A stretch of DNA of 49,400 nt, taken from an uncultured Chloroflexus sp. GTDB lineage: Bacteria > Chloroflexota > Anaerolineae > Anaerolineales > Villigracilaceae. The stretch spans positions 8,019-57,418 of the forward strand of contig CAYZIQ010000001.1 of the NCBI GenBank assembly GCA_964478375.1, read 5' to 3'. Below are positions 1 to 8,273 of this stretch, one piece after another. Position 1 is the stretch's first letter, and each line of letters begins with the position of its first letter. The notes under the pieces are model-generated. The model was not told the origin of the DNA. It saw only the letters and a program-made list of their open reading frames with translations, and ran no database searches. The position numbers were made by a program, and so were the translations under genes.

Positions 1-2
1 GC

Positions 3-215
3 AATTCGACCGTTCTCTATGCCGGACGCCAGATCTACGTGCCACCCATGCCGACGCGCACTCCCTTGCCAACCCCTACCTCGGCCTCTACCCTCACGCC
101 AACCCAGACGCCGGTGACCCCCACGACCACCCCAACCGCCTCAGAAACCCCTACGCAGACTCCTACCGAAACGCCATCGGATACACCTACGCCGAGTGAT
201 ACACCCACACCCTGA
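3..215 (+). CDS. 3' end of a CDS entering from upstream; Pro/Thr-rich low-complexity tail, function unknown
   Basis: Open frame from window edge to TGA at 213-215; translation ends ...TPTQTPVTPTTTPTASETPTQTPTETPSDTPTPSDTPTP. No recognisable domain. Confidence 0.4.
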   Translation, partial: NSTVLYAGRQIYVPPMPTRTPLPTPTSASTLTPTQTPVTPTTTPTASETPTQTPTETPSDTPTPSDTPTP

Positions 216-257
216 CCCCGATCTCAGAGCAAGGTCACTCCGCCGCGCTTAACAGCC

Positions 258-1745
258 ATGCGCCGTCGTCTAATACCTGCGTTTTTCCTGATCTTGTTGA
301 CCGCGTGTGGGGCCTTCCCAGCCCCAAGCCAGGCACCGGCGGCCACTCCCACTGCGCTCATCCTGGTGACGATCCCACCGGATGCCACCGCCACGCCGAC
401 GCCTTTCCAGCCGCTGCTCGATAACACTGCAGTCGCTACGCCAACTGTTATTTTATCCAGCCCTACCCCCGAACAGCCCCCCAACACTGCTGACACGCCT
501 ACCCCGGTAATCATTACCGCCACACCAGATGCCTCGTCGCTCTTGCCGACCGACTGGATTCCGCCCAATATCAGCGCCCCTAATTACGCCCCGGCCCCTT
601 TCCCCCTCCTGACCGATAACGAGACAGTCACCTTTGCCCTGCTTGGCTCGGATTCGCGCGGCGGAACCTACTTCCGCACCGACACGATTGTCATCGCCGC
701 GCTCAGGCCTAAGTCGGGGCAGGTGACGCTGATCTCCATCCCGCGTGACTTGTGGGTCTACATCCCCAGCTACGGAATGAACCGAATCAACACCGCCTAC
801 GAGTATGGAGAGATCAACCATTATCCGGGTGGCGGGCCGGCCTCGCTCAAAGATACCTTGCTATACAACCTGGGCATCCGCATTGACCATCTTGCCATCG
901 TGGATTTCAACGGCTTCCGCCAGATCGTGGACACCCTGGGCGGGATTGATGTGCCGGTCGCTTGCGCCTACACCGACTGGCACCTGATTGACCCCTCTTA
1001 CGATCCTTACAACGAAAACAACTGGTCGTTGTACACCGTTGGCCCCGGCGTGGTGCACATGGATGGGGACCTGGCCCTCTGGTATGCGCGCTCACGCCAG
1101 AAGTCCAGCGACTTCGACCGCGGCCGCCGTTCGCAAGAAGTATTGCGCGCCATTTATAACCGCGCACTGCAGGCCGGCGTCATTACCAAAATCCCTCAAC
1201 TCTACAATGATCTGAATTCCGCCGTATCCACTGACCTGGGCCTGTCTGACCTGCTCCAACTCGCGCCGCTGGCGCTTCATCTCACCAACGCCGATATCCG
1301 CAGTTACTACATCGGTAAGAGCCTGGTGACCGACTGGATGACGCCGGGTGGCGCCAGTGTCCTTTTGCCGAACGGTCCGGCTATCCAGGCCATGTTGCAG
1401 GAAGCCCTCTCCCCCTCTGGGCGTACGCCCGAGATGGAAACCATCCTCGTCGAAGTGCGTAATGGCACACACAACGGCGGATGGGATACGCTAGCTGCGC
1501 AGCGACTGAACTACGCTGGTTACGAAGCCCGCACCGCCCCCGCAGACCGGACGGACTACGTCGGTTCCCTGCTCTACGACCTGACGGCAGCCCAAGACCC
1601 GAACCGCGCCGCCTCGCTCTTAGCCATTCTCGGCCTGCCGTCCTCGGCCCTGGTCTCTACTCCGATGCAAAGCGAGATCTCCTACGTGCTCATCCTCGGC
1701 GCGGATTACCAGCCCTGCTTCAACCCGGAAAATTTATCGCCGTAA
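258..1745 (+). CDS. LytR-CpsA-Psr (LCP) family cell-envelope phosphotransferase, lipoprotein-type signal
   Basis: 495-aa ORF. N-terminal LILLTAC lipobox, PT-rich linker, then LCP core FALLGSDSRGG...RTDTIVIAALRP...LISIPRDLWVYIP...NRINTAY. TAA stop followed by hairpin. Confidence 0.85.
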   Translation: MRRRLIPAFFLILLTACGAFPAPSQAPAATPTALILVTIPPDATATPTPFQPLLDNTAVATPTVILSSPTPEQPPNTADTPTPVIITATPDASSLLPTDWIPPNISAPNYAPAPFPLLTDNETVTFALLGSDSRGGTYFRTDTIVIAALRPKSGQVTLISIPRDLWVYIPSYGMNRINTAYEYGEINHYPGGGPASLKDTLLYNLGIRIDHLAIVDFNGFRQIVDTLGGIDVPVACAYTDWHLIDPSYDPYNENNWSLYTVGPGVVHMDGDLALWYARSRQKSSDFDRGRRSQEVLRAIYNRALQAGVITKIPQLYNDLNSAVSTDLGLSDLLQLAPLALHLTNADIRSYYIGKSLVTDWMTPGGASVLLPNGPAIQAMLQEALSPSGRTPEMETILVEVRNGTHNGGWDTLAAQRLNYAGYEARTAPADRTDYVGSLLYDLTAAQDPNRAASLLAILGLPSSALVSTPMQSEISYVLILGADYQPCFNPENLSP

Positions 1746-1749
1746 GTAA

Positions 1750-1812
1750 CCCTCGCCCCTGCCCCTCTCCCAACCTTGGGAGAGGGGTTTGGGGTGAGGG
1801 CATTTGACTTTT
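1750..1812 (+). terminator. Nested GC-rich hairpin (REP-like) followed by T-rich run; probable terminator of the LCP gene
   Basis: cccctctccc (1762-1771) pairs with gggagagggg (1778-1787). Outer ccctcgcccc (1750-1759) pairs with ggggtgaggg (1791-1800), 9/10. Then ttttcccccttttt. Confidence 0.55.
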
Positions 1813-1850
1813 CCCCCTTTTTACACTAAACTATACGCAGTAGCACCCAT

Positions 1851-1892
1851 ATAACACGTGATACATAACACGCAAAATTTGATACCTGACAC
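1851..1892. repeat. Period-7 (14) short tandem-repeat tract forming the 5' leader of the recombinase-like gene
   Basis: Units ataacac gtgatac ataacac gcaaaat ttgatac ctgacac, running straight into the SD aaggagg and the ATG at 1911. Confidence 0.6.
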
Positions 1893-1910
1893 GGATGTAA
1901 GGAGGTTCTT

Positions 1911-2831
1911 ATGTCCGATCCATCCTCCACGGCCCACCTCTCGGCCCAGACAGCCCTCATCCCGGCCATCAATGCCTGGGAGATTTACTTGAACGATCAG
2001 GGGCGTTCCCTTAACACCATCAAAGCCTTTCTTTCCGACGTGCGTCTGCTGACGAATTTTCTGCCCCCCGATCGCACGTTGGGTGCCATCACCACCAATG
2101 ATTTGAACAGCTTCCTGAATTGGCTGGAAAAAGAGCGCGGTGTGCCGTGCAGCCCCAAGACGCTGGCCCGGCGTATCACCGCCCTGAAATCCTTCTTCCG
2201 CTGGCTGCAAAAGGGAGGCGCCCTGCTGGTTGACCCGGCCGAGAAAGTCGTCCAACACTCGGTCATCAGCCCCCTGCCCGAGGTGCTGACCGAGACCGAG
2301 GTCGAGGCCGTGATGCTGGCTTCTGACCGTCACCGCCGCAAGCCGAAGTCGGACGCCCGTCCCTACGCGTTGCTGGCTCTGTTGCTCGCCACTGGCGTCA
2401 AGAAGTCCGAATGCCTGGGCATCCACCTGAACCACATTGACCTGGAGGCACCCGGCGGGCCGCTCGTCTTCATCCGTTATGCCAGCCCGGCCAATCGCTA
2501 CAAGGAACGCAAGATTGCTCTGCCAGACGATTGGATCCCTGTTTATGAGGAATATCTCAGCCAATACGACCCGGTGGATCAACTCTTCCCCTGGTCGCCT
2601 CGGCGGCTGGAGTACCTGCTAGAAGATATCGGCAAAGAAGCTGGTCTGACGAAGCATCTCTCATTCGACATGTGCCGTTGGACAAGCGCCTTGCTGGATA
2701 CCATGAACAATATCGAGCCAGAGAAAATCCGCCAGAAACTGGGCATTTCGAAGATCCAGTGGCGAGAGATCAATATGAAGTTGCGGCAGTTATCGGGAAA
2801 GGCTGCGACGCGAGCGTGGGCTTTCCAATGA
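1911..2831 (+). CDS. Tyrosine recombinase (XerC/D-like, phage integrase family) homologue, apparently missing catalytic residues
   Basis: 306-aa ORF with SD aaggagg. SAM-like N-domain (AWEIYLNDQGRSLNTIKAFLSDVRLL) and integrase-fold C-domain (LLALLLATGVKKSECLGI...KERKIALP...). No Tyr in the last ~70 aa. Confidence 0.8.
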   Translation: MSDPSSTAHLSAQTALIPAINAWEIYLNDQGRSLNTIKAFLSDVRLLTNFLPPDRTLGAITTNDLNSFLNWLEKERGVPCSPKTLARRITALKSFFRWLQKGGALLVDPAEKVVQHSVISPLPEVLTETEVEAVMLASDRHRRKPKSDARPYALLALLLATGVKKSECLGIHLNHIDLEAPGGPLVFIRYASPANRYKERKIALPDDWIPVYEEYLSQYDPVDQLFPWSPRRLEYLLEDIGKEAGLTKHLSFDMCRWTSALLDTMNNIEPEKIRQKLGISKIQWREINMKLRQLSGKAATRAWAFQ

Positions 2832-2834
2832 GAG

Positions 2835-4238
2835 TTACTTCCCCAAGGTGAGTCGAAGAACCCGCTTCGTCTTCTCGGTGACGCGGAAAGGATGCGCCAG
2901 GCGAAAGCCCGGCACCCAGGCGATCTCATCCCCCACACATAACAGCGGCCAATGCGCCCTGGCCCTCTTGGGCAATTTAACGTTGACGAAAAAATCGGAT
3001 AGCTTGATAGACTGTCCCTCCATGCCGAGCGGCTGAAAACGATCAGCGGCGCGGCGCGGTCGAACCTGGAGTCTGCTCCCGGTTAAATCGGCATCCAGCC
3101 ACGCTGTCCAGTTGTCAGTGTTCAGTGGACAGTGTTCAGTGTTCAGCGGACATTCTTCGACCTTCAACACCCACCCACCCCCAAGTTCACACTGATTACT
3201 GATAACTGAACACTGACCACTGACTTGCGGCCATTGTGAAAAAGGCAGATCCGCCTCGTAAGCGGCGAGGTAGAGCTTTCCGCTTTCCCAAAAAAGGTAC
3301 AACCCGTTTACGAGGTCAACCTGTTTTCCACCGGGAGCCTCGGCGAACACTGCCGCGCGCTCCAGCGCCTCGAAACCGAGATCCCGGCTATCGGGGCGCA
3401 GCAACTCGGCCGCGCGGCGGATCAGATTCCGCCGCAAGCCCAGCGAGACGTCTGCCAACTTCTCGCGGTCAAAAGCCATGAATCCAGCGCCGCGTTCCGT
3501 CAGACAATCCTGCCAGGCTTTGTCCAGCATCTCCTCCAGCGCGGCGTAATCGCCCTGCAAGGCGCGCGCTGACCGGAGGAGGGTCTTTTTGAAACGGGGA
3601 TTATAGGCTTCGAGTTCGGGGATCAGAGTCAGGCGCAAACGATTACGGAAATAAGTCTGATCGGCGTTGGAAGGGTCGAAATGGGGTTGCAGGCCGTGGT
3701 CGTGGCAATAGGATTCGGTCTCGCTGCGCCACAAGGAAAGCAATGGCCGCACGATGGGAATCTCAGGATCGAAGCTCGGAAGAATGCTGCGGTAAGTCAT
3801 GCCCCTCAAGCCAGCCAGCCCAGCGCCGCGCAAGAAATGCATCAGCACCGTCTCTACCTGATCGTCGGCGGTGTGACCGACGGCCACGGCCTGGGCGCCA
3901 TGCTCGCGAGCTTGCGCGAAGAGGAAGCGATAACGCAGCGTGCGGGCAGCCTCTTCGATGGAGAGCATATCACGTTCCGCAAAGGCGCGCACATCGGCAG
4001 ATGCGGTCTCGAAGGGCAGGTTCAGGCTGCGCGCCAGTTCAGCGACAGCTGTCGCTTCCAGGTCCGCTTCGGGGCGCAGCTTGTGGTTGAAGTGTGCCAC
4101 GACGACCGGATATCCCGCCTGATGCAAAACGTTCAGCAGGCACAGACTATCCGGGCCGCCCGAAATGCCCGCCAAAACGGGTAAGCCGGGGGTTAAGCCA
4201 CAAGATTGGCGCAAAATCAAGTCAAGCTGATCAAACAT
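2835..4238 (-). CDS. tilS: tRNA(Ile)-lysidine synthetase
   Basis: 467-aa ORF. PP-loop motif GISGGPDSLCL, HTADDQVETVLM, and TilS C-terminal domain (RPRRAADRFQPLGMEGQSIKLSDFFVNVKLPKRAR). Confidence 0.9.
   Translation of the reverse strand: MFDQLDLILRQSCGLTPGLPVLAGISGGPDSLCLLNVLHQAGYPVVVAHFNHKLRPEADLEATAVAELARSLNLPFETASADVRAFAERDMLSIEEAARTLRYRFLFAQAREHGAQAVAVGHTADDQVETVLMHFLRGAGLAGLRGMTYRSILPSFDPEIPIVRPLLSLWRSETESYCHDHGLQPHFDPSNADQTYFRNRLRLTLIPELEAYNPRFKKTLLRSARALQGDYAALEEMLDKAWQDCLTERGAGFMAFDREKLADVSLGLRRNLIRRAAELLRPDSRDLGFEALERAAVFAEAPGGKQVDLVNGLYLFWESGKLYLAAYEADLPFSQWPQVSGQCSVISNQCELGGGWVLKVEECPLNTEHCPLNTDNWTAWLDADLTGSRLQVRPRRAADRFQPLGMEGQSIKLSDFFVNVKLPKRARAHWPLLCVGDEIAWVPGFRLAHPFRVTEKTKRVLRLTLGK
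3111..3225. repeat. Two inverted heptamer arrays flanking a 38-nt core, in frame inside tilS
   Basis: Left arm 3111-3152: gttgtca gtgttca gtggaca gtgttca gtgttca gcggaca. Right arm 3191-3225: actgatt actgata actgaac actgacc actgact. The reverse complement of the right arm nearly matches the left arm (cagtgg[a/t]cagtgttcagt). Confidence 0.8.
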
Positions 4239-4247
4239 GGGTTAAGT

Positions 4248-5102
4248 CTATTGTGAAAAAGCCAGCCGCACGTAATCGGTCTTTTTACGGCCAAACAACC
4301 CGGCGACCAAATGATAGAGCGCGTACAGCTCCAGCGAAAACGGCAGGTAGCCGCCGTAACCGAGCAAGGGCATCTCAAAAACCTTGAGCCAGCCGCCCAA
4401 GGCGACGTGATAAATCCATTTCGGATACGAGTAGAAATTCCACATCTCCCAGAAGAAAGCCGTCAACAGCACGCCCAGCCAGAGCGAAACCACCGGGCAC
4501 CAGTCGCCGTGACGGGTGTATTCGGCCAGGGAGCGGTTGCCCAGCCAAATGTTGAGAGGTTCCAGGATGAAGTAGACAGAAAGCCAGAGGAATGGAAAGA
4601 AAAGGCGCGGCCAGGTCAACATCGAGGCCAGCATGACCCAGCCGGCGATGAAAAAGCCAATCGTGGTCGGTCTATTCGGGCGGATGACCAGTCCGCGGCC
4701 TAAGCGCTTGACAAAGCCAAAGCTGGCAACCAGTTCGGCGCTGCCGAAGACGGCCGGAATGACGGTGGTAAAACTCAAAGTCGTCCAAAGGTCATATTGC
4801 AGCGGCGTAAAACTTGATATGCCTACGTAGACCCAATTCTGCGTGCGCAGGTTGAGCGCCTCGAACAGCCACCAAACCGGCGCGGAGACGAGGAACAGGC
4901 CGACGTATTTCCGCCAGCCGCGCGCCAGCAACGAGGTGGCAGTGCGATAGAAGACCAGCGCGTCTACCGTCAGGCAGTAGCCTAGCCAGAGTGGGAAGAA
5001 AGCCCAGTATGTGCGTAGCCCGCTCAGGGTCCAATTGAGCGTCCAGAAGACGGCAACGAGGGCGAGGCCGATCCAGCCGTGGAGAGGGAACTTGGCTTTC
5101 AT
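4248..5102 (-). CDS. Polytopic integral membrane protein, function unknown
   Basis: 284-aa ORF, Trp/Phe-rich with about 8 hydrophobic segments. ATGA start/stop overlap with the upstream epimerase gene. TAG stop. Confidence 0.6.
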   Translation of the reverse strand: MKAKFPLHGWIGLALVAVFWTLNWTLSGLRTYWAFFPLWLGYCLTVDALVFYRTATSLLARGWRKYVGLFLVSAPVWWLFEALNLRTQNWVYVGISSFTPLQYDLWTTLSFTTVIPAVFGSAELVASFGFVKRLGRGLVIRPNRPTTIGFFIAGWVMLASMLTWPRLFFPFLWLSVYFILEPLNIWLGNRSLAEYTRHGDWCPVVSLWLGVLLTAFFWEMWNFYSYPKWIYHVALGGWLKVFEMPLLGYGGYLPFSLELYALYHLVAGLFGRKKTDYVRLAFSQ

Positions 5103-5509
5103 CCGGCGATCTCGTAAAGCTCCACCAGCACACCGCTCGTGGATTCAGGATGGATGAAGGCATACTGCCTCCCGCCCGCGGCCGTGAACGGTCTCTCGTT
5201 GATGAGGCGCACGCCCCTGGACTTGAGCCGGGCCAGCATCGCGTGGATGTCGTCCACCTCCACGCAGACGTGGTGCAAGCCGGGGCCGCGCTTGGCAAGG
5301 TATTTGGCAATGCCCGAATCGGCGCTGGTCGGCCGCACCAGTTCGATCTCGCTCCCGCCGGTCGGCAGGAAGGCCACCTGCGACTGCTGCTCCGGCACAT
5401 CGAAGACGCCGGACAGGTTTAACCCCAAGGCGTCGCGCCAGAAGGAGAGCGACTTTTGCATGTCGTCCACGACGACGGCCACGTGGTGGATTCGTTTGAC
5501 TTTTGGCAT
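5099..5509 (-). CDS. mce: Methylmalonyl-CoA epimerase (VOC/glyoxalase superfamily)
   Basis: IHHVAVVVDDMQKSLSFW...GPGLHHVCVEVDDIHAMLARLKSRGVRLINE...FIHPESTSGVLVELYE. Start placed at MPKVKR (SD ggaga 6 nt upstream); the ORF-track start at 5554 is probably too far upstream. Confidence 0.8.
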   Translation of the reverse strand: MPKVKRIHHVAVVVDDMQKSLSFWRDALGLNLSGVFDVPEQQSQVAFLPTGGSEIELVRPTSADSGIAKYLAKRGPGLHHVCVEVDDIHAMLARLKSRGVRLINERPFTAAGGRQYAFIHPESTSGVLVELYEIAG

Positions 5510-5646
5510 AAGATTCTCCGTGATGTTTTCGGCAATTCTACCCTTGTTCGACAATCAGCGGCGGGATAGATGGGCCGGCGCGGCGTACGGCAAAGGTTGC
5601 ATGGCCTTGATGGCGGTAAAAGATGTGAGCGTCATCACGAATTTGC

Positions 5647-6108
5647 TCACCTGTGCCGAATTTGCGTCAAATGCTCTTCGATGTGCGCCAGCATCCGCTC
5701 AGCCCACCATTGCAGAGTATGCGTCCCAAAGGATGGATGCGTGCCGGGGCGGTTCCAGGCCTCGGCGGATAGCCCCCGCAGCCGGTCGGCAGCCTCACTG
5801 CATTGACGGGCGAACTCCGTCAGGATCGCCTCCAGCGGCTCATTCGGGTCGTAATGCGCCGCCATCCACGCCTCGCCGTCGAAGTTCTCGAAGGTGGGAT
5901 TCTCTTCTTCCAGGATGCGGTACAGGCGCAGTGGGTAGACCTGGGCGTTCACATCGCGCATGTGGACGAGAACCTGGTGCGCGTTCCAGCCGCCCTCTTC
6001 CAGCGGGGCGCGCAGATCGGGAATCGCGGCGAGGGCCGCGCGCAGTTCATCCGGCGCGGCGGCCAGCTTATCCAGAAAGCGCTGACGATATTCCCATAAC
6101 TCTTCCAT
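5647..6108 (-). CDS. DinB-family (DinB_2-like) protein
   Basis: 153-aa ORF with a four-helix-bundle pattern: HQVLVHMRDV...WWAERMLAHIEEHLTQI. Confidence 0.75.
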   Translation of the reverse strand: MEELWEYRQRFLDKLAAAPDELRAALAAIPDLRAPLEEGGWNAHQVLVHMRDVNAQVYPLRLYRILEEENPTFENFDGEAWMAAHYDPNEPLEAILTEFARQCSEAADRLRGLSAEAWNRPGTHPSFGTHTLQWWAERMLAHIEEHLTQIRHR

Positions 6109-6116
6109 CTTGTCTC

Positions 6117-6782
6117 CTATGAGTGGGGCAACTCCGCCTCCACCAATGAAACGACCTTCCCGACCACATCATCCGTTTCTGCTGGCAGGACGAGGTGGAC
6201 GCGGATGCCAAATGCGGCCAGTTCGCGCGCCGCGTGCTTGACGAACACTGTCAGCCCGGCCTTGCTGACAAAATACGCCGCGCTCCGTTCCGGGCTGCGG
6301 GCGCGCCAGCCGATGTGGATAATAACCCCTCCCTTTCCTCCTTGCGCGGACGTGACCCTCTCCAGGGACACAGCCCTCTGCGGAGGCGCGGCACGCATCA
6401 CCCGCCCCACGGACTGCGTCAGCAGGAACGCGCCGGTCAGGTTGACATCCAGAGTGCGTTGCCAATCCCAGTCGTCCATATCCAGCAGCGAGGCGGAGGG
6501 GGCAACCTCGGCGCAGTTGACCAAGATATCAATCCGGCCCCAATCATCCAACACCTGATTGACCAGCGCCTGCACGGGCATCTTCTTGGCGATGTCTTCC
6601 ACGTAGGCTTTCACCCGTCCGCCGGAGGCTGTGATGCGCGCTACCGTCTCGTCCAGGTTGACCGGCGTGATGTCGTTGGCAGCTACGATTGCTCCGCGCG
6701 CCGCGAATGCCTCGGCGACGGCTCGGCCGACCCCCTTCCCCGCGCCGATGACTAAAACAACCTTATCTTTGAGATCAGTCAT
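6117..6782 (-). CDS. SDR-family oxidoreductase
   Basis: KVVLVIGAGKGVGRAVAEAFAARGAIVAAND Rossmann motif. Start placed at MTDLKDK (gagg 5 nt upstream). TAG stop. Confidence 0.85.
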   Translation of the reverse strand: MTDLKDKVVLVIGAGKGVGRAVAEAFAARGAIVAANDITPVNLDETVARITASGGRVKAYVEDIAKKMPVQALVNQVLDDWGRIDILVNCAEVAPSASLLDMDDWDWQRTLDVNLTGAFLLTQSVGRVMRAAPPQRAVSLERVTSAQGGKGGVIIHIGWRARSPERSAAYFVSKAGLTVFVKHAARELAAFGIRVHLVLPAETDDVVGKVVSLVEAELPHS

Positions 6783-6800
6783 GTTGCCTCGCAAAGCTAG

Positions 6801-6863
6801 TGTCACGTGTCATGTGCCGGGTGCCGTGTGACGGGTGGCGGGTGTCACTCGCCACTCGTCACG
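6801..6863. repeat. Nine-unit heptamer tract with internal hairpin, spanning the SDR leader and the 3' end of the M23 gene
   Basis: tgtcacg tgtcatg tgccggg tgccgtg tgacggg tggcggg tgtcact cgccact cgtcacg. 6828-6844 pairs with 6846-6862 (15/17). Confidence 0.75.
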
Positions 6864-7570
6864 TTTCTCCCGCCGCACACTACCACCTGTCCATCACTCT
6901 GGCGTGCATTCAATGGCAGCCCAAAATACGGCGACGGATTAAGCGTATTGCGGATCTCCAGCTCATTACGGAAATTGCCCTGCCCATCGTCGAGCACGAT
7001 CGAAAAGTGCAGGTGTACGCCCACTGGATTGTTCGGATCGCCGGAGTAGTCGCCCTGGTAACCAAGCCGCGTCCCGGCCTCGACGTATTTTTCATACATG
7101 CCGGGCGGAAAATCGGGCGAGATGAGCGAGTCCCCTGTCGGGCCGGCCATGTGGGTGTAATAGAGCCAGATCTGGCGTCCCGGCTGCAACGGGTCTTCGG
7201 GAACGCGGACGATGACCGACGATTTCCAGTCCGGCAAGCGGGTCAGGTAGCCGGAATAGGCCGCGACGACCGGCGTTTGGCCCACATCCGCCCCGCCGAA
7301 GATGTCAATGCCCTGGTGTCGGTGCCCGAACTTGAACGAGTCGTCCCACAGGTAGCCGATGAAACCGTCACTGGGGAGGATGAACGGAGCGTCCGCGCCG
7401 CAGCGGGTCCCGGCCCGTACCACCCAATCGGGGTGTGCCCGCGGATTCCGAATCCACTCGGCGACGCGCGCCGAGCGCACCAACGAGGGTCGCAGCGTCC
7501 GGTAAAGGTAATACCCGCCGCCCAGCAGCGCACCAGCGAAGATGATCCCAAAAAGCAAGCCTTTTTGCAT
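6845..7570 (-). CDS. M23-family metallopeptidase (LytM-type), N-terminal membrane anchor
   Basis: HQGIDIFGG...YTHMAG...GVHLHFSIV motifs. The last ~6 codons are encoded by the heptamer tract. Confidence 0.85.
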   Translation of the reverse strand: MQKGLLFGIIFAGALLGGGYYLYRTLRPSLVRSARVAEWIRNPRAHPDWVVRAGTRCGADAPFILPSDGFIGYLWDDSFKFGHRHQGIDIFGGADVGQTPVVAAYSGYLTRLPDWKSSVIVRVPEDPLQPGRQIWLYYTHMAGPTGDSLISPDFPPGMYEKYVEAGTRLGYQGDYSGDPNNPVGVHLHFSIVLDDGQGNFRNELEIRNTLNPSPYFGLPLNARQSDGQVVVCGGRNVTSGE

Positions 7571-7719
7571 GGTCCGATCAGCAGCCTATCGGCTCCCATT
7601 ATATACACCTTTTGGATTCTTCTAACGCAAATCCTACTTTTCAATTTCGGGATTCTTATACAAACTGGATAAGATAAGGCCAATATCGTAAGCAATGAGA
7701 CACATAAAGGAGATAAAAA

Positions 7720-8115
7720 ATGACCTTCTATGTTTCCCCTTATCCGTACCGCATGGCGCGTCGTTGGGCCAGACAGGCCTATTGTGAGGCCGAGAGAGAT
7801 TTCACCCTGGCTGTGGATATCCGCGACGAAGACGAGGTGTTCGTGCTGAGCGCGCTCGTGCCCGGTTTGAAGGCCGACGACCTCAACATCCAGATCCTCG
7901 ACGACGTGGTCACCATCGAAGGTGAATTCAAGCAAGACGAGAACGAGTATCTGATGCGCGAACTGCCACACGGCTCCTTCAGTCGGACCCTGCGCCTGCC
8001 CGCGCCCGTGGACGCGGAAAAGGCCGAGGCCAAGATCACCGACGGCGTTCTGACTCTGCGCCTGCCCAAGGCCGAATCCGCTCGCCCGAAGACGATCAAG
8101 GTTGCCGCGAAATAA
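7720..8115 (+). CDS. Hsp20/alpha-crystallin small heat-shock protein
   Basis: 131 aa; SD aaaggaga. ...AVDIRDEDEVFVLSALVPGLKADDLNIQILDDVVTIEGE...GSFSRTLRLPAPVDAEKAEAKITDGVLTLRLPK. Confidence 0.9.
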   Translation: MTFYVSPYPYRMARRWARQAYCEAERDFTLAVDIRDEDEVFVLSALVPGLKADDLNIQILDDVVTIEGEFKQDENEYLMRELPHGSFSRTLRLPAPVDAEKAEAKITDGVLTLRLPKAESARPKTIKVAAK

Positions 8116-8152
8116 CGTCCGCCGAAACATTTCATGTTTCTCCTCCTCCTTG

Positions 8153-8188
8153 TAGAGACGCCCTGAACCGGCGTCTCTATGTTTTTTG
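8153..8188 (+). terminator. Rho-independent terminator of hsp20
   Basis: Perfect 10-bp stem tagagacgcc / ggcgtctcta with a 7-nt loop, followed by tgtttttt. Confidence 0.8.
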
Positions 8189-8273
8189 GGTTTTCCCTTC
8201 GTGATACTTCGTGGCCTTCGTGGTAAAAAGGTTTTTCAGGTAAAATACTGGAAACCTTCAGCGGAGACTCGCC

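Noticed and set aside
224-568. Many long ORFs in the track lie antisense to or overlapping the called genes. Examples: 224..568, 1821..2582, 4792..5400, 17233..18108, 24162..25166, 35615..36610, 39176..40312, 44862..45830.
   Set aside because: They overlap ORFs with clear family motifs. Their translations are Arg/Gly/Pro/Ala-rich low-complexity sequence, typical of shadow frames in GC-rich DNA, and they lack SD or start context.
258-600. Pro/Thr-rich stretches (1-215, 300-560, 8330-8420, 37070-37190) as DNA repeats or mobile sequence.
   Set aside because: They are low-complexity peptide linkers following signal peptides or domains. The nucleotide sequence is not tandemly repeated.
7614-7660. 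Direct repeat GGATTCTT(C/A)TA x2 upstream of hsp20 as a heat-shock operator (CIRCE/HAIR).
   Set aside because: It matches neither the CIRCE (TTAGCACTC-N9-GAGTGCTAA) nor the HAIR consensus. Two short AT-rich words in an AT-rich promoter region could be chance.
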